DNA of 64,000 bases. Source: Selaginella moellendorffii. Taxonomy: Eukaryota; Plantae; Lycopodiophyta. The stretch is from positions 1,602,454-1,666,453 of the forward strand of contig NW_003314290.1 in the NCBI RefSeq assembly GCF_000143415.4, given 5' to 3'. The notes below the pieces were generated by a model. It made no database searches. It was not told the DNA's origin and was given only the letters and a program-made list of their open reading frames with translations. Within the stretch, counting starts at the first letter, position 1; every line of letters begins with the position of its first letter. Positions 36,001 through 49,268 of the stretch are shown here, one piece after another. A program made the translations under genes and the position numbers.

Positions 36001-37064
36001 GGCATCAGCTCCGATAAAACATCGAGAAACTCACATGATTTGCATGCTCGCGACGTTTGACAGTTCCGCAGGCAGCGGTCCGCTGAGATTGTTATTGTCT
36101 GCGAGACTGCAGAGAGAACAATATACAAGATGAATACACACACACACAAAAGAAAACAAGAATTACATGTGGAAGAGAGTTGGAAGCCGGCCTAGTTCAG
36201 GAGGAATGATACCGGTCAAAGAGTTATTGTTCATATGCCTGGTAAAGATGATCTTTTCAGAACTTAGAAGCACAAGAGACTCCCTTACAGGTGCTTTATG
36301 GAAACAAGATTGCCAAACGTAGAGGGTATACTCCCTGAGATTTGGTTCTCGTCAATCTGGAACCGGTTCAATTTCATCAGATTGCCAATTTCTTCAGGAA
36401 TTGTCCCGGTTAACTTGTTGCCATTCAACAATCTGTCCAGCAAACATGTTCAAGAGAGAAGAGTAATGATTCAACCGCTAAGCTTACAGCAACTCGAGGT
36501 TTCCAGCATTGCCAAGATTGGCGGGTATGGTTCCAGTTATACCGTTCCACATGAGGTTTCTGCTCGAGAAAACAACCAGATTATAATTAAGAAACGTAAC
36601 AGCAAGCATACAAGATTTGAAGGTTGGCCATGTCGCCGACTTCCGGAGCTATAGTTCCCGTTAGATTACAGTTCATCAAGTGACTGACGCAGAAGAAAAG
36701 AAAAAGAGAAAAAGTTAAAACTATTAACAAGAAAGCAAAGCACTTTTTACATTTCAAGCACCGATCGACTCGTCCTGTTTGAGAGATCCGAATCGCTGCA
36801 TATGATGCCTTCCCAGTAGTCATTGCAAGGGTCTCCATTATTCCAGGACTGCAGCCTTCCAGCGGTGTCTTTAAGACTCTTATGTAACGCGTTTAACGCT
36901 CGGACTTGGACACAGAGAAGCGACAACAGTCAGCAAATTACTATAGCGTCAATCGTAATCTGCTTACCATCTCCTGGATCTGTATTAGCTGCAGCGGCAG
37001 AGGGCATTAATGCCGCAAGAGCAAAGGGCAGCAGGAAAATCTTGAAGAACGTTTCAGCTGCCAT
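33071..37064 (-). CDS. LRR receptor-like kinase (LRR-VIII-1-like), copy 1, multi-exon
   Basis: Signal peptide, SW..GDPC...WEGI.C LRRNT, one LRR per exon, [47 protein letters not shown]. Confidence 0.92.
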
Positions 37065-37547
37065 GACGTCGAACTAGTTCTTGCCGTGCTTGAGCTTCAA
37101 TTGAGGAAGTAGGAGCAAAATCTCAGCTGCCAAGACATAATTTTCTTTGAGAAGAGTAAACTGTGAATTGCAAATTTGATGCTGAAGGCATACCTGTAGG
37201 CGCGTCTTTGAGCTCTTCCATACCGCCTGGCGCCCTTGCGGCCTAGTGCTTGACTTCACCAGTGAATATGCGGGATAAGATCCTGTTAGAAATTGTCAGA
37301 ACAGTCGGTTTCTTTTCTGGGACCTCCCGAGCCCAAAGATTTTCTGTCAAAGAGGCTAAAGGCAGAAAGAAAGAACTGTAGCGAAAACAGTGTTTAGCCA
37401 GAAGATTCTGGACAAATCAGCCATTTTGTCGCATCTTACTTCATGCAGTGCAAAGTACAAAACTTCCGTATGAGAGATTATTCCAATTTATCACCTGAAA
37501 AGCCGTTGGAGCGTGAGCTGAAAGAAGCTATCAACTTGAAAAGCTTA

Positions 37548-40500
37548 CTATCTAGGAAGAACCACTCCGATGCACTGCGAGTCATCGTTCTCCGCCAGCT
37601 TCTCCGACAGCACGATACTGCTGTCCAATCTCCTGAAAGAACTTCCTGGCTCGCTATCAGCTAGGGAGTCAGGCCTGGTTGCAGCGAGACGAAGGGCCTC
37701 TAGATCGCGTACGACGTCGGACATTGAAGGACGAGCCTGTGGCTCGTCGCTCGAGCAGGCCAACGCTAGCCGCACGAACCGTTCTAGCAGCTCGGAAGCG
37801 AGTGGTCCCATGCGGGAATCTACCACGTTCAGAATCATTCCCGCCTCGAATGCCAATCTCACCTGCATTAAACAAAGAAAAGTCAATCTCCCAAACAGAA
37901 ACACGGTCTTTCACCTCTCGGACAATGTTTTTTCCATGAGAGATTGGTGGCATTCCCGTTAGGAGCTCCAGCAGCACCACACCAAAGCTGTAAACGTCGC
38001 TCTTGTCTGTCAGCTTATGGGTCAGAAAGTATTCTGGATCCAGGTACCCCTGCTCAAACCATGGAAATGGCTCGTAAAAGACAGCCTGAGTTTGAAAATT
38101 AATACTTACCGGTGTGCCTCTCACAACTGTTGAAACGTGTCCTGACAGTCCGTCAGCGTCTGAAACAGGTGCAAGCTTGGAAAGGCCAAAATCAGCAACC
38201 TTCGGATTGTTCTTCTCGTCCAAAAGAATGTTGGTCGATTTAATATCGCGATGAAAAATGGGAGGGTTAGCTTCCGTGTGAAGATACAGTATGCCTCTTG
38301 CCGCGCCCAAAGCTATAACCAAGCGAGACCTGACATTCAGCGGTCTTGTAAATGTCGCTGTAAGAGCAGACAATGTCAAAAAAGGATAGAAGTCAAGCCA
38401 ATTGCAGAAAAACGTACGTGATAGATGATCCCGTAAAGTTCCTCCACTCATGAATTCATACACGAGCATCTGTCGCAATGAAGACCCAGTGATCGAGCCG
38501 TCAGTTCTAGATTTCCGGCCTACCTGTTCGTCGTCGTCCACATAGTAGCCAATAAGCGAAACCAGATTTCGATGATGAAGTCTCGACAGCAACTGTATTT
38601 CATTGTGAAACTCATTGGTTCCGTTTCGAGAGGCCTCCTCAGCACGCTTGATAGCAACAACAGTCCCGTCGTCCAGAACTCCTCTGTAAACTTTTCCATA
38701 GCCACCCTGACCAATCTGGTTAGATTCGTGAAAGGATTCTGTGGCTCTATCCATCTCCTCCCATGTGAAGCTTGTGACGCCTTCAACTTTGAAAGATAGG
38801 TTCCTTCTCTTCTTCCACGCTGCAAGCAATGGTACACATCTCAGAGCTAAAACATAGAAGATGCAGAAGACTTACAGTTATTTTGGTCGTCCTTGAGTTT
38901 CTGAACAAAACAGATTAGAACGGTAGCAACGAAGCCTACAACTCCAACAAGAACACCAACAAAGACGGGAATAGCACTGGCGAAAAATTTCTTTCTCGAA
39001 GGTAAAATTCCACTCGTAAAAAGTTCTGTAAGAAAACAAAACAAACAAACTAAGTGTTACAGCAAAGAAAGAAAGAAACAGAACACTTACCAATCCCATA
39101 AGGAGGATCGAAGCTGAGGAGCTCTCTTGGCCCAAATAAGGCATTATCAGGGATTGACCACTCCGTGAAAGCAAGAAAGATTCTTTTCACCTCTGGTTGA
39201 TTGAACCTTCGATCATCACCTAGCATTGAAGGAAATATACTCAGCTTCACGAGGAGTCTCTGCCCGGCCCAGGAATACGAGGTCACCGAAAGATGCGACA
39301 CTCCCAATCCAGCAGCCATGTACTTCTCGTAAGCTCGAAGATGCGGTTCAAAGAAGCGGAAGCCCGGACTCTTCAAACGAACAAGGACCCGAATCGGAGA
39401 AGCACACTTGCAATTACCATCGGCTGCCAAACCGGGGACAAGTTCGTCAATGTCAGGATTACAGATGTCCTTCGCGCAGTTATTGATGTTGCTGCTATCA
39501 GATGGCCCGTGGTCAGGTACATTATCGAGGCTCTGATGCTCGCAAAACTTGAATGCGGCCTGCCAGACGCACACTTGCGCGTTTCCAAAGACCCTGCAAC
39601 AAGTATAAACTGTAGGTAAGTAGATCCGCACGGCCAACATGGCACAGTACCAAAGTTTGATATTGCTGGAGAAACTAAAACTCGGGAACGATGATACAGT
39701 CAGCGAGTTCCCTTGGAGATCCCTGTCGTGATTACAGTAGACGATTAGACGAGTTGGATAGCAAAAACTGAAGTACATACAGCACAAGTAATTTGTCGCT
39801 CGTTCTACCACGGAGGGTGATTAAAAGCTGATCCAGAGAACCATTCAAGAGATTGCTCTGTAAAGACCTGGATTTTCCACGAAGTGTAAGCTACCAAGAG
39901 AACGCAGTGACTCACATCAATTCTAGAGTCTCGATGCCCGCAGCTTCGACTGGAATGTCGCCAGTAAACTGATTATTTGAGAGATCTCTGTCAACCAAAC
40001 TGTTAAAGGGCGGATTTTCCAGTGCATCTTACATCGTTATTAGCGAGGGCAAACTCATGTTCGGAAAGACTCCGTCCATTTGATTTTTGCTCAAATCCCT
40101 GCCGGAAAAAGGACGAATCTGTAAAAAGAACTGCATGCTTAATTCTGCCACTCACAGAGACTGTAGCTTGGTGAGTGCAGAGAGATCGGGCATCGATCCT
40201 CGCAAGTTGCAGTTTTTCATGCTCCTGTAAGGTAAGACTTGAATCGAGCACAACACCATCGTTCATCAACTTACAGCTTGATAAGCTGTACAAGCGACGT
40301 CGTATACGTGCTCGGAATCTCCTGTGCATCAAAAGGATTGTTGTCCAACTGCCTGTAACAGAGGAGGATCAGTTTATGACTATGCATCGAGTCTGTATAC
40401 AGTATCTGGAGTTGCGATATGTTGCCAATGTCGGGTGGAAGCTTCCCAGTTAAATTATTGTTATCTAAAAGTCTTCGCTACCAAAATATCAGTTCGACTT

Positions 40501-41383
40501 AAACAGGAAAATCAGGACACGTACATATGGATTGCGGGTATCCTTCCCAAACCAGATGGAATACTGCCGTCAAAGGCATTGTCGTTCATGTGCCTGAAAA
40601 GTGGAAGGCTTAAAACATTATCCTGGCAGTGTCTGACGCTTACAGGTGCTTTGCATTAACTAGCTTTGTCAAGGTTGATGGAATCGGCCCCGAAAATTTG
40701 TTTTGATCAACTTGAAGCCGATCAAGGTTCACAAGGTTTCCAATTTCATCCGGAAGATGACCAGTGAAAGAATTCCCGTTAAGAAGCCTACGAAGAAAAG
40801 AAATTTATTCGAGGAACAGCGAAAACGAGGACAACTTACAAAAGCTCCAGCGACAACAGATTCCCGATAGATGGAGGAATGCTTCCACTCAGACTGTTCC
40901 ACATAAGGTCCCTAGCGAGAAAACACAAAAGCCAGTGAGTGATGTCCAGCAGCACAAGAGGTTGCTTACAATGCTTTGAGAGAGCTCAGGGATCCAATAT
41001 CAGGAGAAAGAACTCCCGAAAAGTTCGAGTTTAGCAAATGGCTGTTCAAGGAAAAATCAAACAATCAAAGAAAGAACAAACGATCAACGAGCTCTTACAT
41101 CTCCGTTACGTGATTGACTCCCGCAGCATCTGGAGCACAAATAATCCCCTCCCAGCCCTGTCCACAAGGATCATCGCCTTTCCAGCTCTCAAGCTTAGAC
41201 AATGGGTCTTGAACACCCCGTTGGAAGCCCCGGAGTGCTTCAGCTGGAACACAACATGGGCATAAGCTCAACAAAGAAAAGAAAGGAAAAGAAAAAACAC
41301 GAAAACTTACTATCCTTCGCATTCGTGTCAGCTTCCCCGCGATCCAGCAGAAGAAAAACTACACAAATCAACCAGACACTCAT
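37548..41383 (-). CDS. LRR receptor-like kinase (LRR-VIII-1-like), copy 2, tandem paralog
   Basis: [100 protein letters not shown]. Confidence 0.92.
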
Positions 41384-41734
41384 TCTCCTCCGAAGGAAGA
41401 AATCCTAGCGCAAGAAATCCAAAGCCTAGAAATTCCTAGAGAATGCATCGGCCACGCAAGAAGGAATGAGGACAAAATACCAGCGCCTAGGAAATATGGA
41501 TCGCATAGCTGGATAATGAAATGCGATGCAAAGATTACCTCAGCTACATCGCCGCAGCGGTCGCTGCCGAAGCACGCAATCGGACAAGCCAAGCATTGCT
41601 CGCTCTCCATTTCTCGTCCTCTAGCCAGAAACCCTAAAAGGAAGAACAACAATAATCATCAGGTAAATAAAGTTACTTGAAGTAAAAACCATTTTTACAA
41701 CAGTATAAAAGTCCTCTCTCACAGCACACTCTTC

Positions 41735-44700
41735 TCAGTGTAACCTCGTCATCTCCTCTACACGCTTGCAAAGCTCTTCCACGGACACGCTCATGGCCGC
41801 CGAGACTTCGTCCATCTTGGCCCGGTTTAAATCCAGGAACGACTCGATGAGATCGCCGTCGAGGAAGTTCTTGGCGTCGGCGTTCTTCCTCTCGCTGCTA
41901 AACGATCGCCACTGCTCGTGGCTCAGCCCCCCGACGCCTTTGATCACCTTGGCCAGGCAGTGCTGGAGCCGCTGGAGGAAGTTGAACTGTTCTTGCTGGA
42001 GCGAGGCCACCACTCCGATCACTCCGTTGACGGTGCCGAAGATCACAGTCGGGATCTGGCTCGTCTCGTTGTCCGGCAAGCGCATCACCAGCGAGCCATG
42101 CCGGAACCGGTTGACAAACTCGCCAAGGTGGTACTCTCCCACCACTTCCAGCCGGCCTCTCTCCTCGTCCGTCGCAGCGTCGCTGTTCTTCCTCACCGTG
42201 AAGAGGTTGAAGCTGTTCTCGGCTCCGAGGTAGATGTCGTCGTCCAGGATCTCCACAGCAGTCATCCAGTTTGCGTTGTAATCCCGCGCGCGTTCTTCGA
42301 TCGCTCCTTCCTCCGGCTGTGAAGTAGTAAACAGTCCATAAGCAAGAAAACACTCTGTACAAAGAGCATACCTTGTAGAGAAGTAGCGATATGCTCTTCA
42401 TGAGATCGCCCACGACGATGAAATCTCCGCGAGATTGCACGTAGAGTGCTAGGATGTGGCCGTGGTGACCGCACTCCGACTGAAGCTCCCGAGTGCTATC
42501 CCGCTGTGTCCATTTGTAGAGCTGGATTTTCTGGTTGATGCCCGCTAGGAGCTTCCCGTTGAAGGCGTTTAGATTGTACACAGCTCCTTTCGTTTCCTTC
42601 TCAGTAACGAGTTGGAACTTGCCATCTTCTACAGTGAAGATCAATATACGTCCCTAGAGAAGCAAAGAAGAAGCTCAGCAGAGACCTTTAGGAAAAGCAT
42701 TTGCTTCGTACCTTGCTTGGTTCGTTTTCCTCGGGTAGAGCATAGGCTGTTCCAACGCAGTAATACGTAGCCGGGTCATCAGTGAAGCTGCACGTAATGA
42801 TCGTGCAGCCGTTCTCGAATGTGTCCAGGTTATACGAGCCTAAAACTTCGAAGGTCTGGTCGTCCAGCAACTTTACGAAATGGCTTTCGTGATCCTCCCC
42901 GTTTGGGTTGCTATAAAACCTTGCGGTGCAAAGGCCAAACGTCCGAGTCTGCTCCTGGTGACAGATCCTGCGAGGGTGTTCCCCAAGTGCCACCGTGCGT
43001 ATATGTAGCTTCTGGATATCATCAATCGTTCCGATTGTGAGCTCTCCCTCCTTTCCAATTGCCAGGCTGATTACGACAAACAAAAGCTTGTTAATAGAGC
43101 TCACAAAAGAGAACTAGAAACAGACCTGTCGGGAAAAGATGCAGAGTTGAAAGGACACATGTGATTCACCTCCTTCAGATTCACGTTGCTGTAAAGCAGC
43201 TTCTTGTTGCTACTGTAAATGACCGTAGGCCGATCCGACGCCGCAAACACATGAGTTGCATTCTTAGATCTGAAAGTCCGGAGCATGATCGGCTGTGTGC
43301 CCAAGGAAATCTTTTTTCTGTCGGAAAGTTGACCGGTACTGGTGTCGATCAGAAAATTGAAAAGATGGCCGTCTCCTAAAGCGCAAAGCAAATATGAGAC
43401 CTGCCAGAGAGAGTTAGTGTCTGGTTTGCAAGAAAAGTCCTGTGAACTTACTCCTTCAAATGCACATATTAAAACCGAGCGTGGTATAATTTCACCGCCG
43501 AGACTTTCTTTCGCCAAAACCTCAAGGTTGGGTAAAGAAAAAACTTGCACACTGATATCCGTCCACATTCCCACCGCTGCTATATTGCTACGATCGGGAT
43601 CGGTACCAATCGGATTTATATCCAGACACGATATCTCATTCTGGAGTTGTACGTGCTTCACTTCCGTCAGAGACCCGCGACCGATTTCAATATAAACAAG
43701 ATTTCCACCACCAGTCGCGAGAAGAACCTGTTAAACAAAGCTGGTTGTACATACATGGATTAACTGCACAATACCTGCGAAGCATTGGCTGTGGCCACGT
43801 TTATTGCAACTCCAGACGGAGTTCTCCACTCCGTCAATTGCCGTCGAGAAGTGGCATCAACCAGCCTCAAAGAAGTCGAAGTTACCTGCATAAAAAATCC
43901 CAGTAAATTCCATCCAGCGGTGTCTAGAATCTCGTACCTGAATAATCTGGTCGTGAATAGCGTTATGGCAGAAGAGAGTTTGTGCTTCGGAATCAAAACC
44001 TTCAATCTCAGTTTCCTCGAGTTCATCATCCATATTCATGGCCAGGATTCTTGTCTCGCTGATGAAACTGACCACCAGGAATATGTCAAAGACATCCTTG
44101 GACGTGGCTCGTAAAGACCACATGCCTTTAATACCTTGAAGCTCAGCAGAGGCCTATGATATCAGCAAGGTTAGAACAGGGAACCATAGCGGAAAGCATT
44201 ACCTGCTCGTTGATGCCGATACCATTTCTGACAATACGCAAGGATCCATCCTTGTATGCACCAGAGCACGTCACTACTTGCCCTTGACCTTGCCTCTCCA
44301 GGTCCACTACGCAGAGATCGACAATTGGCCCAAGATTGACAAAACTCTCTAGAACCTCCACATAAGAGTTTCTTGAGTCTACTTGCGCGTTCAGTTTTAT
44401 GAGCTGCAGCATCACAACCACTTCAGAATTTTTAAAACGAGAAAAATCCTGTCGACTCACCTGTGAATCCCCGTAGCTGGAGCCAACATAAACAACCCCG
44501 TTGTCAAGGTAGGAAAGACTTGATGCAGCGGAGGTCTCCCCGAGCAGTTCAACTTTCAAACCCAGTACCCTGTATCAAGAAATTTGATACCATAAGAAAA
44601 TCTAGCTCGTCTTCAAACCTGTCCCTCTCGTGAGTGATCACAAGCAAATGTAGCGATCCAGTATGATCACTGAGCAAATACCGTGATCCATCAGCATCCA

Positions 44701-45990
44701 CTTTCCCATATGCTTTCGTGATTGACTGCAACATACAATATCAGTTGCTGTAAACCTTGCTCGCTTTACAACTTACAGGCCGGATGGGAATAGCCTTGAA
44801 TGCTGAACCGCTGTAGTAAACGATGGTTTGCTCACCAATTATTATAACGCCACCAAGGGGTGTTGGCACGGGAATAAGCATACCGGCTCCATTGTCGAGG
44901 TTATTCTGCAACCATGGCCCCTCACCAAAATCCTTCTCTTTCAGTTGTATCTCGTATGTTTTGACGTGACGAGCATCTTTGTTGTCCTGTCAAATGAAGC
45001 AAACATTCGCCAAGTTTTTTCCTAAAAGGATATTGAAGGAAACCGAACCTGGTAAAGGACAGCAATTGTTGGTTTCGAGCAGCCATACAGGAACTTTATG
45101 TCCAGCACTTGCAGTTCTTCCAGCCTAAGATTGACAATCCTAAGCGTTGCACACAGGAAAAACATTCTTACCTGATGTTAAACGCCTCTTTCAGCTGTCC
45201 TTTGTTGTCGATCGGTATTACCTTTATCCAGGCAACCACAATCACGGTCAGCTATCAGAAGTAGCGCTGAAACAAGTTTACTTTGAACAAGCCATCGTAG
45301 AGGTGAAGACCAATCAGCCTACACTCTGGATCAACAATGCCGATCTGAAAGACAAAAAAAAAAAAAAAAAACACGATGCGTCATATAGAACTCAGAGAGT
45401 TACACTGCAACCTGTCCATTATCCGTCGGCCGACCAATTCGATCTGAAACGTCACCCATTGCCCTGTCCAAACAGGAAACAAAAATGAGACTTGCTCTTG
45501 AAAAACTCAAGGTAACCTCGTGACAAGTTCCGTCGTCTCCGAATCCCATTGTAAGACACAAAACTTGTATCTCTCCGTGGAGACGAACAGGACATCCTGG
45601 GTCTCTCCCTGTGGTGCGAGAAAATGAGAAAAGATCCGAGACGAGAAAGATTCATACCGGAGGCCTGAAGAGCTCCAAGGTTGCAATCCGGCCATAGATT
45701 GGCACGTCCAAAAGAGGCTGGAGGAGAACGAGAGACACTTAGAACTAAACGAAAAACAAAGAGCAGGCGTGAAAGAGTACCTGGAGACCTTGAGCTGTGA
45801 GCAAGTGAAATTCAATCCGTGTACATTTTCTGGAGGAAATGATTGAGTGAGAGGAGAAGCGCAAGAGGAGCTAAACAGGGACTTACGCGATGATGAGATT
45901 GAGCTCGTGGGGGCTCGTGAAATTTCCAACGCACGAGTGCGTCACATTGGTTGGCTTGTGCGCAGTGACGACGTAATTCCAGACGCTCAT
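41735..45990 (-). CDS. DDB1: DNA damage-binding protein 1, multi-exon
   Basis: [109 protein letters not shown]. Confidence 0.97.
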
Positions 45991-46519
45991 CGCTGCCCTT
46001 CCACGCCCAGGCGGAGCCTTTGATGCCCTACCTAGCTCCCCAAAAACCCTAGACTCGAAGATTAAAAATAAAAGTTCAATAAAAAAGCGTGAGTAATTGA
46101 GAACTTTTAGGTTATTTTATGTAAAACTAAAAAATTAAAGATTATTAGTTTTATTTGATAGAAATTAAGAATTTGTAAGTATTTTAATGATATAAAAGAG
46201 TTTAAATATTTAAAAATCTATTTCATAATTTAAATATAAAGATGTGTGATAAGGAGATTTGTGATTGCAAAATTAAATGATTAAGTGTGTGAGGACCATT
46301 TGCTTTATATAAGCTAAGGTTTTTAAGTTAATTATATTTCTGTATCTTATGCACTCACATTAATGAAGTACATCTCCATTATTAAATAGCAAAACGCTTA
46401 TAATTGTTACTTCTTCACCAATACTTTCAACTAGGGTTTATATAAGTGAATACATGTTAAAAGAGGAAACATTATAGAATTTTTTTTTTTATAATTCACC
46501 CCATTAGAAAATAACAACA

Positions 46520-47650
46520 ATGCATATGAATAGAAGAAGAAGATTTCAAAAAGGCCATTAAATGATGGGCTAAATAAAAAGGTTACATTTAAAAAATATA
46601 ACATTTTAAAGTCATTGTTATCAGCTTAGAGAGATGGAATTCAAAAGAAAAAATTTAAAAATTTAAAATTATGCTTATACTTGAAAATGCAATCCTTGAA
46701 AAACTCTTTATAATTTGCCAAAAAATTAAGTAACTAATGTGGAAAATCAGTGTTATAAAAGTAATAGTTTTTTTTAGCTCCCACGAAGAACCAAACCCAT
46801 TCTCCCATAGAATACTTGAAAGATTGTGATAAAGTGGATTTTTAAAACACCATCTAAAACTCATATATAAAATTGTAAAATCATTAGGAATTAACTGCAT
46901 AAAGTTTATAAACAAGTCTGTCATAGATGCAACCTACCAAAACTTAAAGAGTATATACACCATTACAAGATACATACTAGAGAGAATATAGAACTATGAT
47001 GAAGTTGTAATATTTATTAGTCAAATTCAAGGTGTGAAGGTGTTAACTCTATAAAGTTTTAAATTGTTTTACATAATCACTCTAAATAATATTGAGTATC
47101 TCACTACACTGACATATTGCAATGCAGGAGATAAATAATTCTAAATATATACATCTTCCAAACAGATTAAAGAATGGCTAACTAGATAATAGGTTGTTAG
47201 TCAAGTGTATTAACTATTAGTGAAAAAGCATGGATCAATAATGTTTTATATCTTAGTTGTTTTGACTACTTTGTAAAATTTATAGACTGTACACTTACAC
47301 ATTTTTATAGTAGATGGTCATAAAAGCTATTGCAACTTTGTGGCTTTGGTGAAAATAGCATCCCTAGGCATTAACATAACACTAATCCCACCTATACATC
47401 ACAAAAACTATATGTTTTTAGATCATTCAAAATTAGTTTTTAAGAATTTTGTTATCGATAAAGATGGATGATGAATATAATACTTACAAAAAAGGATATT
47501 GCTTAATTGGTTTCAAAAGTGTCACTTATTGCACTTAAAGAGTAACATCAAAGCTAGGTTCATACATTATCTATTAAACAACATAAGAATGAATAATGAG
47601 TATAGAGTGAATGCATTATACACAACCACCTTGGAAGAAATTTAATGTAA
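46520..47650 (+). mobile_element. Heavily mutated pogo/Fot1-like (CENP-B HTH + DDE_1) transposase remnant inside an AT-rich tract (about 46060-48900, resuming after 57640)
   Basis: Broken translation PNPFSHRILERL**SGFLKHHLKL (TPF..G.PG..WW.GF..RHP.L), NI*NYDEV (IWN.DET), EYLTTLTYCNAG, EKAWINNVLY, FIVDGHKSY...GINITLIPP (LILDGH.SH...LPP). Confidence 0.75.
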
Positions 47651-49057
47651 GAAATTAAAGAGAATAACTCAAGAGACACTCTATAAGGGTTTAAATATAG
47701 AAGAAAAAGGCTTATGAACAAAAATGCACCCTTTTTTTCAATTAATTAATGATTTTAAAATATTTAGAGTTAAATGTCCTTAAGTTTGAATACTACTAGG
47801 CTAGATGACTTTTTGGGAAGCTTAAATTTATAAGCTTATATTCAAGTAGTAAAGGACTTAATGATGATGACTGAAGACTATAACAATGAAAGAAATAACA
47901 AAAAAACCATAAAGGAAATCAAGATAACAAAGCAAAACTAGCAAAACTAGTATTCAAAACTTGCAATGTTTCATCACCAAGACTTCTAAGCTTGCTTATT
48001 ATAATAGGCATTGCAATTAACTTAAAGAAATTTTATGTTAAGCTTACAAAAAAAATTGAAAAGAAGGCACATATAGACGAAGAGAAAAAGTAAAGAAAGA
48101 ACACTAAGAAACAACAACTCAAACAAAAGGCTCACAAACAAAACAAAGCTAAAAGAAAAAAAAAAAGGGAGAAATACATGTTGGAATTTACAACTTAATT
48201 AAGACACATCTTTTATATACTTGGAAAGAATGAGTAAAGATCACCACCACCTCCAAAAAATGAGTTAAGCAAACTTCAATCTCAAGCTACAAGAAGCTGT
48301 AAGATCTACATGAGGAGGCTAGAGAGAGAATCACAATATAGACAATAATGAAATCTATATTCCTACTCAAACACAAGAACTTGCAAAACCAAACAAAAGA
48401 AATGAATCAATCATCAAGTTAAAGGTAAAAACGCTTAAAACTAATGTTTACTTCTAACTTTTACTATGTTAAACTAAGGCACTTCAAGATCATTCAATCA
48501 TAGGCACTTTGAGCTCAGCCAATCATAGATGTTTCAAAACATTAAACTTCTAAATAAAAGCTAGAAATGAAATAAAATCTTAAAGCTCTTTATAGATTTA
48601 AGAATCTTAGAGACCCTTAAGGATTTCAAACAAGATCTTGGAACTCCACAAACCTAAAGATTTAGAGATTGTTTCAAGATTTAGGAACTTTGAGACTTTA
48701 TTTTTCTAAGATCCTTGCAATGCAAAGATCAAATAAAAAACATGCACAAAAGAAGAAGGAAACAAAAGGTCAAACCATCTCTCACAAAAGTCCCAAATAG
48801 CCCAAAGTCAAAGCATGACCAACATCTTAGCAAAAGAAAAGATTGATAATGATGGCTTGAAGAGGGAGAGATGTAGCCATGCAAGTGGAAAGAAAATGGC
48901 AGCCCAAGTACAAGGAGATGGTGAAAGAAGCAAAAGAGATGGTAGGCCAAGTATAATAAGATTGTGAGGGAAAGGAGATGGCTACAAAGTGTGAAAGAAA
49001 TGGCTATGATTGGGAGAGGAGATGGTTATCCACATGTTGCCCAATGGTGGAAGAAGG

Positions 49058-49268
49058 TGTATCAACCAAAAACCCAAGCTCAAGGGACTCCGACCTTGAA
49101 CCCAAGGTTGCATCGGAGCCATAGATTGGATCATGCACAACATATACCATTTATTAGCATATGCTGGCAGTTAGAACTGCCAGCCTTTCAAAGGGGGGAA
49201 TCCGAATTGTGGATCCCCATCTCCACTCATCATTTTCATATCAATACACAGCATTCATTCACTCGTCT
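49058..49268 (+). repeat. Rearranged 5' LTR
   Basis: 49058-49095 is a direct copy of 57336-57373; 49098-49268 is an inverted copy of 57428-57590. Confidence 0.85.
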
